Shown here: positions 56,151 to 64,000 of the stretch, piece by piece
Numbering within the stretch: the stretch's first letter is position 1
Layout: each line of letters opens with the position of its first letter
Assembly (NCBI GenBank): GCA_963828395.1
Contig: CAWHED010000010.1
Location: 2,355-66,354, forward strand
Reading direction: 5' to 3'
DNA length: 64,000 nucleotides
Origin: an uncultured Bacteroidales bacterium
Lineage (GTDB): Bacteria > Bacteroidota > Bacteroidia > Bacteroidales > VadinHA17
Notes under the pieces: generated by a model
The model's input: only the letters and a program-made list of their open reading frames with translations
Database searches by the model: none
What the model was told of the DNA's origin: nothing
Translations under genes and position numbers: made by a program

Positions 56151-56177
56151 TAGGGGACAAAAGTCCCCTATTTTGTT
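56151..56177 (+). terminator. terminator-like hairpin inside the rimP leader (possible attenuator)
   Basis: TAGGGGAC-AAAA-GTCCCCTA is followed by TTTTGTT and ends 15 nt before the rimP ATG. There is no U-run in the opposite orientation. Confidence 0.55.
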
Positions 56178-56192
56178 ATCAAAAAACAGACT

Positions 56193-56648
56193 ATGATTAC
56201 AAAAGACCATATAAGGAAGCTTGCAGAGAGCCACATCAGTGGCACCGGGATCTTTCTGGTTGATGTAAGGCTGAGCAGCACCGGCAGGATCACTGTCCTC
56301 ATCGACAGGAATGAGGGGGTGACCATTGACGATTGCGCTTCGATGAGCAGATTTATCAGAAATGAGCTGGGAGAAGCCGTTGGAGATTATGAACTTAATG
56401 TCTCTTCACCGGGACTTGAAATGCCTTTTCTTGTGATTGAGCAATACCGCAAGAACGAGGGTCGCCTGGTCGAGGTTATTTCAAATGACGGCTCCCTTGA
56501 GAAGGGTACGCTCATGAATATTACCCATGGCGGCTTTGACCTGAGAGTTGACACAAAAGAGAAGAAGAAAAAGGAAGTCACCTCAGTGATCAGATCGTTT
56601 AACTATGAGGATGTTAAGTCAGTTAAAGTAATAATATCATTCAAATAA
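56193..56648 (+). CDS. rimP: ribosome maturation factor RimP
   Basis: 151 aa; 'ELNVSSPGLEMPF' motif. It lies immediately upstream of nusA. Confidence 0.9.
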   Translation: MITKDHIRKLAESHISGTGIFLVDVRLSSTGRITVLIDRNEGVTIDDCASMSRFIRNELGEAVGDYELNVSSPGLEMPFLVIEQYRKNEGRLVEVISNDGSLEKGTLMNITHGGFDLRVDTKEKKKKEVTSVIRSFNYEDVKSVKVIISFK

Positions 56649-56665
56649 CAGAATTCATTACCACA

Positions 56666-57910
56666 ATGGAAAACGTCAATTTAATCGATACCTTTTCAGA
56701 ATTCAAGGAGCTGAAGAATATAGACAGGCCCACCATGATGAGTGTGCTCGAGGATGTATTCAGGGGTATGCTCGCCAAAAAATACGGTGCGGCAGAAAAC
56801 TTTGACATTATTGTCAACATCGATAAGGGTGACTTTGAGATCTGGCGAAACCGCGAGGTTGTTGACGATGAGGCATTCACCGATCCCAATACCCAGATAC
56901 CCCTTTCAGAAGCTCATAAGATAGATGAGGACTATGAGGTTGGAGAAGAGGTCTCTGATGAGGTCAAATTCCTGGACTTCGGCCGCAGGGCTATCCTGGC
57001 CCTCAGACAGAACCTTGTTGCGCGTATCCTTGACCTGGAAAAAAACAATATATATCTCAAATATAAAGACCGTATCGGAGATATCGTCACCGGCGAGGTG
57101 TACCAGGTATGGAAACGTGAAACCCTGGTCCTTGATGATGACGGCAACGAGCTGATCCTTCCGAAAGGAGAACAGATCCCCTCCGATCACTTTCGCAAGG
57201 GTGATACCATCCGCGCTGTAGTCATCAGGGTAGAGATGAAGAATAATACTCCCAACATCATTCTCAGCCGTACATCACCCGTCTTCCTTGAAAGACTATT
57301 CGAACTGGAGGTGCCGGAGATATTTGACGGACTGATCACCATCAGAAAGATCGTAAGGGTACCCGGCGAGAGAGCCAAGGTGGCAGTTGAATCCTATGAT
57401 GAGCGCATTGACCCTGTCGGAGCATGCGTGGGCATGAAAGGATCAAGGATACACGGTATCGTACGCGAGCTGCGCAATGAGAACATTGATGTCATAAACT
57501 TCACTTCAAACAATCAACTGTTCATCACCAGGGCACTCAACCCCGCAAAAATATCCTCGATCAAACTTATCGAATCAGAAAAGAAAGCAGAGATATACCT
57601 TAAACCCAGTGAGGTCTCCCTGGCCATTGGCAAGGGCGGGCTGAACATCAAGCTGGCAGGACAGCTTACCGGGTATGATATAGAGGTGTATCGCGAACCG
57701 GATAATGAGGATGAGGAAGACGTCTCTCTGGATGAATTTGCAGATGAGATTGAAGGATGGGTCATTGATGCCCTGAAAGCCATCGGTTGCGACACTGCCC
57801 GTAGCGTGCTCAGGCTGACTGTACACGACCTTGCCAAGAGAACAGACCTTGAAGAGGAAACAATAAAGGAGGTTGTGAATATCCTCAAGGCGGAATTAGA
57901 TAAAGAATAA
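56666..57910 (+). CDS. nusA: transcription termination/antitermination factor NusA
   Basis: S1 domain 'GDIVTGEVYQV' and KH domains 'DPVGACVGMKGSRI' and 'LAIGKGGLNIKLA'. Confidence 0.97.
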   Translation: MENVNLIDTFSEFKELKNIDRPTMMSVLEDVFRGMLAKKYGAAENFDIIVNIDKGDFEIWRNREVVDDEAFTDPNTQIPLSEAHKIDEDYEVGEEVSDEVKFLDFGRRAILALRQNLVARILDLEKNNIYLKYKDRIGDIVTGEVYQVWKRETLVLDDDGNELILPKGEQIPSDHFRKGDTIRAVVIRVEMKNNTPNIILSRTSPVFLERLFELEVPEIFDGLITIRKIVRVPGERAKVAVESYDERIDPVGACVGMKGSRIHGIVRELRNENIDVINFTSNNQLFITRALNPAKISSIKLIESEKKAEIYLKPSEVSLAIGKGGLNIKLAGQLTGYDIEVYREPDNEDEEDVSLDEFADEIEGWVIDALKAIGCDTARSVLRLTVHDLAKRTDLEEETIKEVVNILKAELDKE

Positions 57911-57973
57911 TCTTCTCCCGTAAAAAGAAGAAAAGACTGAATACTTATTTAAGAGGTTACTATAAAGGGATTT

Positions 57974-60886
57974 ATGACTGAAGACAAGAAGGCCATACGT
58001 TTAAGCAAAGCAGCCCGCGAATTTAATGTCGGGATACAGACTATTGTTGATTTCCTCCACAAAAAGGGAATTGAGATCAGTCATGACCCCAACGGGAAAA
58101 TTCCTCCTGAGGCATATACGCTGATACTGAAAGAGTACAGCAGTGACCTCAGTGTTAAAAAGGATGCCGAGAAACTGGCTCTCAAAGAGAAGGTTACTCT
58201 CAAGAAGTCGCTCTCCATCGATGATATGGAGACGGTTAAGGAAGGTGATTCATCAGAGCCGGATGAAGATTTCCTTATTACCGACATCTCGGGGTTAAAA
58301 AAGCATATTGATCTGCATACCGAGGTTAAGAAACCGGAGATAAAGACCGTTGGAAAGATTGATCTTGCTCCTCCTGTCAAAACGGTGAAGAAAGAGACGG
58401 CAGTAACGCCGGAAAAGAGCAAAGCGTCTGAACCGGCAGTTTCGAAAGTCACCCCAGTGGAACCAGAGGCTGAAGCAGCCGGAGCTAAGAAAGAACCAAA
58501 GGTCGTCGGCCAGGTTGATCTTGCAAAGCTCACCGGCAAGCCGGAAAAGGGTACTAAGAAAACCTCCCCTGCAACGGCTGCCCGGGAGGTTGACAAAGCT
58601 GAACCTGTGACAGAACCTGTGACAGATCAGCCCGCAGCCAGGACAGAACCGCCGGAAGCCTCTGTTATAACTCCTGTTACCCATGAACCCAAAGAGGCTG
58701 AGATCTACCGTCCCGGGTATGAAAAGCTTACCGGGCCGAAGATCATTGATAAAATAGAACTGGTGCCTGAAATCAAGAAGACTAAGGAGCAGGTAGCCGA
58801 AGCGCGGCAGAAGCATGATGACAGGAAAAAGCGTGAGAGGATAAAAGCCAAACCGAGGGAAAAAGTTGCTCTCGACCAGGCACCGGGCCAGGTCGCCGAA
58901 GTCAAGAAAGACAAGAAGCCGGTGAGCGGCGGTCCCAGGGATCATCGCCCCGACAGGAAGAAAACTTTCCGGGCATTGCGGCCGGAAGTTGACAAGGAGG
59001 ATGTCTCCAAGAACATCAGGGACGTGAACCTGCTCATGAGCAAGAGCAAATCCAAGGTTGCCAAATACCGCCGTGACAAGAGAGATGCCGTCAGCCAGAG
59101 AATGAGGGATGACACTGAGAAGAAAGAGCTCGAAAAGAGCGTACTGAAAGTTACTGAGTTTGTCTCTGTGAACGAGCTGGCGACCATGATGGACGTGCCG
59201 GTGATTGATATTATATCAACCTGTATGAGCCTCGGCCTTATTGTGTCAATAAACCAGAGGCTTGATGCCGAGACGATGGCTATGGTAGCGGAGGAATTCG
59301 GTTTCACCGTTGAGTTTGTCAGCGCCGAGCTGCAGGAAGCGGTCAGGGAAGAGGAAGATGATCAGTCTAACCTCGCTCCGCGCCCACCGATAGTCACCGT
59401 AATGGGTCATGTCGACCACGGTAAGACAAAACTTCTTGACTATATCCGCAACACCAACGTGATCGCGGGTGAAGCAGGAGGAATAACACAGCATATAGGT
59501 GCCTATAGCGTGTCTCTTAATAATGGAAAGATCATCACTTTCCTTGACACCCCGGGTCACGAGGCTTTCACAGCCATGCGTGCAAGAGGCGCACAGATAA
59601 CTGATATCGTTATTATTGTTGTGGCTGCCGATGATGGCGTCATGCCTCAGACACGTGAGGCAATAAACCATGCACATGCTGCTGGTGTGCCTATAATATT
59701 TGCCATCAACAAGATTGATAAACAGACTGCTAATCCTGACAGGATACGTGAAGAGCTTGCCTCAATGAATTTCCTCGTTGAGGAATGGGGTGGCAAGTAC
59801 CAGTCGCAGGAAATTTCAGCCAAGAGCGGACTCAACATTGACCTGCTTCTTGAAAAGATCCTCCTGCAGGCTGAGATGCTTGACCTGAAAGCCAATCCTG
59901 ACAAGCTCGCCCTCGGAACCATCCTCGAGTCTTCTCTGGATAAGGGACGCGGCTTTATGGCTACCATACTCGTGAAAGCAGGAACCCTTCATCTTGGTGA
60001 AGTTGTTCTTGCAGGTGCATCATTCGGACATGTTAAGGCTATGTACAACGAACGTAACCAGAAGGTGGATGAAGCCGGCCCGTCAGCGCCGGTGCTCATC
60101 GTCGGTCTCAACGGCGCTCCGCAGGCAGGTGACAAGTTCAATGTCATGGAATCTCCTAATGAGGCTAAAGAGATAGCCACCAAGAGAGCACAACTGCAGA
60201 GAGAGCAGGGATTACGCACCCAGAAACATATCACGCTTGATGAGATCGGACGCCGTATAGCTATTGGAAACTTCCAGGAGCTTAATATCATTGTCAAGGG
60301 CGACGTGGACGGTTCAGTCGAAGCTCTGAGCGATTCTCTTATCAAACTCTCAACTGAGGAGATACAGGTTAACATCATCCATAAGGCTGTGGGACAGATA
60401 TCTGAATCGGATATCCTGCTTGCTGCTGCATCCAATGCAGTAGTGGTTGGCTTCCAGGTAAGACCCTCGTTCAGTGCCAGGAAACTTGCCGAGAAGGAAG
60501 GTATTGACATCCGCCTCTACTCAATTATATACGATGCTATCGAGGAGATCAGGGCAGCAATGGAAGGCATGCTTTCACCTGAGATCAAGGAAGAGATAGT
60601 GGCAACAATTGAGGTACGGGAAGTATTCAAGATCGGTAAGGTCGGTACCATAGCCGGATGCTTTGTCCGCGAAGGCAAGATCACACGTAACACCAAGGTG
60701 AGGGTCATACGTGACGGCATCGTGGTTCACACTGGTGAACTTGGCTCACTCAAACGGTTCAAGGATGATGTGAAAGAAGTTACCTCAGGCTACGAATGCG
60801 GACTGAATATCAACGATTTCAATGACATCAATGTCGGGGATATTGTTGAAGGTTACCAGACGGTTAAGGTGAAAAAAACATTGTAG
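57974..60886 (+). CDS. infB: translation initiation factor IF-2
   Basis: 970 aa; low-complexity basic N-terminal region and a G domain '[16 protein letters not shown]...DTPGHEAF...NKID'. Confidence 0.97.
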   Translation: MTEDKKAIRLSKAAREFNVGIQTIVDFLHKKGIEISHDPNGKIPPEAYTLILKEYSSDLSVKKDAEKLALKEKVTLKKSLSIDDMETVKEGDSSEPDEDFLITDISGLKKHIDLHTEVKKPEIKTVGKIDLAPPVKTVKKETAVTPEKSKASEPAVSKVTPVEPEAEAAGAKKEPKVVGQVDLAKLTGKPEKGTKKTSPATAAREVDKAEPVTEPVTDQPAARTEPPEASVITPVTHEPKEAEIYRPGYEKLTGPKIIDKIELVPEIKKTKEQVAEARQKHDDRKKRERIKAKPREKVALDQAPGQVAEVKKDKKPVSGGPRDHRPDRKKTFRALRPEVDKEDVSKNIRDVNLLMSKSKSKVAKYRRDKRDAVSQRMRDDTEKKELEKSVLKVTEFVSVNELATMMDVPVIDIISTCMSLGLIVSINQRLDAETMAMVAEEFGFTVEFVSAELQEAVREEEDDQSNLAPRPPIVTVMGHVDHGKTKLLDYIRNTNVIAGEAGGITQHIGAYSVSLNNGKIITFLDTPGHEAFTAMRARGAQITDIVIIVVAADDGVMPQTREAINHAHAAGVPIIFAINKIDKQTANPDRIREELASMNFLVEEWGGKYQSQEISAKSGLNIDLLLEKILLQAEMLDLKANPDKLALGTILESSLDKGRGFMATILVKAGTLHLGEVVLAGASFGHVKAMYNERNQKVDEAGPSAPVLIVGLNGAPQAGDKFNVMESPNEAKEIATKRAQLQREQGLRTQKHITLDEIGRRIAIGNFQELNIIVKGDVDGSVEALSDSLIKLSTEEIQVNIIHKAVGQISESDILLAAASNAVVVGFQVRPSFSARKLAEKEGIDIRLYSIIYDAIEEIRAAMEGMLSPEIKEEIVATIEVREVFKIGKVGTIAGCFVREGKITRNTKVRVIRDGIVVHTGELGSLKRFKDDVKEVTSGYECGLNINDFNDINVGDIVEGYQTVKVKKTL

Positions 60887-60945
60887 ATTTTCGATTTCCG
60901 ATTTTCGATTTAGGATATCTCAATCGCAAATCGCAAATCGCAAAT

Positions 60946-60987
60946 AAAAGAGGGCGTCCCATTTTCTAATTTGAGACACCCTCTTTT
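60946..60987. terminator. bidirectional terminator between convergent infB and gcvH
   Basis: AAAAGAGGGcGTC (60946-60958) pairs with GACaCCCTCTTTT (60975-60987), with A/T runs on both sides. Confidence 0.7.
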
Positions 60988-61005
60988 ATATCATTATGTA
61001 TTAGT

Positions 61006-61386
61006 CTACGCCCCGATCAGTTTCTTATATGCCTCGGCATCAAGCAGTGTATCTATCTCTGATGCATCATCGACAGCCACTTTAATCATCCAGCCCTTGC
61101 CGTAAGGATCGCTGTTGACCAGCTCGGCTGCATCGTCAAGTTCCGCGTTCTTCATTGTTACAGTGCCGCTTACAGGCATGAAAAGATCAGACACTGTTTT
61201 TACTGCCTCCACAGTGCCAAAGACTTCACCGTGTCCAAGCTTCTCTCCCAGAGTTTCTATCTCAATGAAAACTATATCGCCAAGCTCGCGCTGTGCAAAG
61301 TCAGTAATGCCAATAGTAGCCTCTTTGCCTTCAACAAGAACCCACTCATGATCCTTGGTGTACTTCAGATTTGCAGGAACATTCAT
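61006..61386 (-). CDS. gcvH: glycine cleavage system protein H
   Basis: Lipoyl-attachment motif '[16 protein letters not shown]' and 'YTKDHEWV'. Confidence 0.95.
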   Translation of the reverse strand: MNVPANLKYTKDHEWVLVEGKEATIGITDFAQRELGDIVFIEIETLGEKLGHGEVFGTVEAVKTVSDLFMPVSGTVTMKNAELDDAAELVNSDPYGKGWMIKVAVDDASEIDTLLDAEAYKKLIGA

Positions 61387-61502
61387 CACTTTATGATTTA
61401 ATTAGTTTAACTGGCCCGGGTAAATGTCAGGATTTCAAAAATACATCTTTTTTAATATTAAAAAACTGATTTACGGAATATTTAACCTTACTCCTGAGGC
61501 CG

Positions 61503-64000
61503 TTACTGTACAAGGGTAAACCTGAGTGTGAAGCCAAAATTGGTATTAGAGGTAAGGAAAGTGTTAGCCACAAACGGGTCATTCAGGTTATGATCAGCAT
61601 ATATCTGCAGCATGAATCTGTCGCTCAGCACATAGTCTGCAGTGGCTCCTACGGTGAAGACCCTCTGGCCGGCGACGGGTTGGTTGACGTCTTCTATCAG
61701 TTTGCGGGCCAGGGTTTTGTTATTCCTCATCGAAAAATCAAGCCTCAGGTTCAGATCGCTCTCCAGGGCACGCTGGCCTCCGCGCGACTTAAGGGTGATT
61801 GCCACATTGTCAAACCTATAACCCGCCCCGATGGTAATCTCATCATTCCTGATATCGGCGACCTGGTTGCTTGCCAGATTAAGGGTGATGGTGCGCGATT
61901 TGCGATACTCCAGCCTGGTCGTAAGCGAGTTCTTCCATCCCAGGTCTATGTTGATCAACGGACTGAATTGCTCGTTGATAACGACAGCATTAATCTCGTA
62001 TTGCGGAACGAAGTTCGAGCTCATGTCACGTATCATACTTAACCCTGAAGCATCAGGGTCATAGTAGAGGTTGCTGTTAAATGAGCCTATGGTATAAGTT
62101 GACCTGTACTGGTGAGAGAGGCTTACAGAGTTGAATACTTTTCTTACCGCAGCAAACTTGGTGAGTCCCTCAAAATTTATTCGCCAGTTGGGCATCATAT
62201 GTACCCATGAGGGGAAAGTCCCAAGCGGGATCTTGCCCGGGTCTCTCTTAGTGTATGCGGCAAGGAAAGCCGGCACAAGAACCTCGCCTGAGGTCATGCT
62301 GTAGCCGCTTGCGTAAGGTCCTTCAACAGGCTCCCCTGTGACAGGGTCAACGTCCGGGTCATAAGAGGGGTCTGTTGCACTGCGTTCATCACCCCTCCTC
62401 TGTGAGATAATGGATGTATATTCCTTGAAATTCTCAAATGTCTGTGAGACATAATCACCTGACTTGGGTATCTTTTCGAATGCCGTACCCCATGATATCA
62501 CTGAGATAGTGAAGTTACCGGTCATACGTGTATTGCGGGTGCTGTCAGGGAAGTTGCCGTTACTGTCTGCCCTCAGGTATGACGAGATCGTCTCCGAATA
62601 ACGGCGGTCACTGGTAAGATCAATACGCAGGCCCGGGAACGGCTCGATATTAGCCCTGAGATTAATCTGCTCACGCTGACTGTAAGCCGCAGGGTTGTTA
62701 AGGAGGGTGTCCGTAGTAATCCACCCGTTCCTGACTGCCTCATCAAAGAAACGTTCATCAGTCCGGCCTGCCAGAAAACGCCATCCCGGCGCTGATATAC
62801 CCCCGTAGTTCTGCTGTCCCAGCGCTGTTGTTCCAGGAAGATATCCTGGCAATATATGTCCCTGATCGCTTGTATACGTCCCGGAGACGTTCCGTACCAT
62901 CATGAGGGCGCGGATAAGATATCGTCCGGCAACGCTGGCCATGCTGGGCTTCTTCTCTACCCTCCCCTTCACAACTATGCTTGCATCGGTGACATCTGTA
63001 TCGGGTGTATAGTCTATTCTCATATCGGAAACAATGTCGAATTTTCCGGTTACCGGAGTGCCGTCAGCTGCAGTAACAGTGACAGTGACGTCTTTGGATT
63101 TGAGGTTATGGTTAACAATTCGTGCCTTGCCGGCCTTCAGCGGCAGGCCGTTCCTGGTATGAGTGACCTCCTCGTAACCCAGGCTCATCCTGCTTTTTAC
63201 CCCGGGCTGCGTCGTTGCCTCAACCTCCTTGAGAAATTTGCTCTTGGTATAGAGATTGGTCAGATTGGCCTGTACGGTCAACTGTCCGTTGCTTGAGTTC
63301 TTAATTGTATTGCCTGTCTCAATGTTCATTGAATCGGGAAAAACTGTGCCTGCCAGCCAGTCATACCTCGCATTATAACGTAAATTGGAGGTTACCCATG
63401 ATAAAAGAGGCAGCTTGTTCACGGGAATATTATAGTTGATGTTGAACAGGTGATAGTAGTTTGTTGTCCGTCCAAAACTGGAAAGGCTAGTCATGACTGA
63501 ATCACGCCATGCATCATAGATGTCTGGATAACGTACCTTGTCAACCCCGCCCTGTGGTTCATCAATGCGCGCAATGGTGTTGGCAGTAAAATCGAACTTC
63601 AATTGTTTTGTGATATCATACTTTATGTCATAAAACCTTGACCATTGGAAGTCTTTTGTAAAGGTGGGCTGGATAAGCAGGTTGGGATTATTGATATTGC
63701 GCGTCTTGACCTCGTTGTAATAACGGTAGATGTCAGTTCTGACGGTAATATGCTTCGGAAAGAGATAGATATTAAAGTCCTTGATCAGCCTGAAGACGGG
63801 TGAGCTGAACAGTCCCGATTTCTGGAACGGAGTATGGTTCTTCGGCATCGCCTCATAGTCATATGATATACCTCCCCTGCGGGTCTTTTCAACGTCAATC
63901 TCCGTTTTGGTGCCTGAGCTGTATATCTCATTAAAGGCATAGCTTACTGACAGATTTGCAGGGTCCCATGCATGAGGTTTCTTTCCTCTTCGTGATGTAC
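61503..64000 (-). CDS. sprA: cell-surface protein SprA (T9SS translocon), C-terminal part; the gene continues beyond the window
   Basis: The frame is open to the window edge. Long beta-barrel-like sequence ends in 'NTNFGFTLRFTLVQ'. The overall similarity to SprA is recalled from memory. Confidence 0.7.
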   Translation of the reverse strand, partial: TSRRGKKPHAWDPANLSVSYAFNEIYSSGTKTEIDVEKTRRGGISYDYEAMPKNHTPFQKSGLFSSPVFRLIKDFNIYLFPKHITVRTDIYRYYNEVKTRNINNPNLLIQPTFTKDFQWSRFYDIKYDITKQLKFDFTANTIARIDEPQGGVDKVRYPDIYDAWRDSVMTSLSSFGRTTNYYHLFNINYNIPVNKLPLLSWVTSNLRYNARYDWLAGTVFPDSMNIETGNTIKNSSNGQLTVQANLTNLYTKSKFLKEVEATTQPGVKSRMSLGYEEVTHTRNGLPLKAGKARIVNHNLKSKDVTVTVTAADGTPVTGKFDIVSDMRIDYTPDTDVTDASIVVKGRVEKKPSMASVAGRYLIRALMMVRNVSGTYTSDQGHILPGYLPGTTALGQQNYGGISAPGWRFLAGRTDERFFDEAVRNGWITTDTLLNNPAAYSQREQINLRANIEPFPGLRIDLTSDRRYSETISSYLRADSNGNFPDSTRNTRMTGNFTISVISWGTAFEKIPKSGDYVSQTFENFKEYTSIISQRRGDERSATDPSYDPDVDPVTGEPVEGPYASGYSMTSGEVLVPAFLAAYTKRDPGKIPLGTFPSWVHMMPNWRINFEGLTKFAAVRKVFNSVSLSHQYRSTYTIGSFNSNLYYDPDASGLSMIRDMSSNFVPQYEINAVVINEQFSPLINIDLGWKNSLTTRLEYRKSRTITLNLASNQVADIRNDEITIGAGYRFDNVAITLKSRGGQRALESDLNLRLDFSMRNNKTLARKLIEDVNQPVAGQRVFTVGATADYVLSDRFMLQIYADHNLNDPFVANTFLTSNTNFGFTLRFTLVQ

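Noticed and set aside
58081-59307. Several 120-216-aa minus-strand ORFs inside infB
   Set aside because: They lie antisense to the low-complexity Lys/Glu/Pro-rich N-terminal region of IF-2. The infB frame is unambiguous.

Overview
This 64-kb window looks like chromosomal DNA from a member of the Bacteroidota. The evidence is a fused lpxC/fabZ gene, a C-terminal portion of the T9SS protein SprA, GSCFA and IPExxxVDY family proteins, TonB-dependent receptor and ExbB/ExbD genes, TAnnTTTG-type promoter boxes, and the conserved block of sigma-54 activator, lptE, acidic/TPR protein, secG, groES and groEL. Most of the window is housekeeping: aspS, gdhA, dprA, ansA, leuS, purN, acpP-fabF-rnc, lepA, groES/EL, lpxD-lpxC/fabZ-lpxA, rimP-nusA-infB and gcvH. 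It also holds tRNA-Ser(GGA) and tRNA-Arg(CCG).

Four things stand out:
1. An ORF-free, GC-rich unit of about 600 nt at about 50.8-51.4 kb has its own promoter-like and terminator-like signals and many tetraloop-capped hairpins. I read it as a candidate large structured RNA that I cannot assign to any family.
2. A sharply AT-rich island of about 7 kb (about 10.3-17.5 kb) lies next to tRNA-Ser and contains only two-component signalling genes. Several are broken or truncated. One giant sensor kinase carries about 20 heptad-multiple repeats. At the tRNA edge there is an att-like duplicate of the tRNA 3' end and a palindrome-dense 140-bp element.
3. There are several tandem repeat arrays: a 41-bp repeat duplicating the ansA 3' end, a 12-bp GC-rich minisatellite, and 42-bp and 30-bp coding repeats.
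4. About ten single-base frame breaks occur, including in the essential genes leuS and rnc. This points more to consensus or assembly errors than to genuine pseudogenes.

I found no CRISPR array, transposase, integrase or recognisable defence or toxin system. All calls come from reading the ORF track and the sequence by eye. No searches or folding programs were run.
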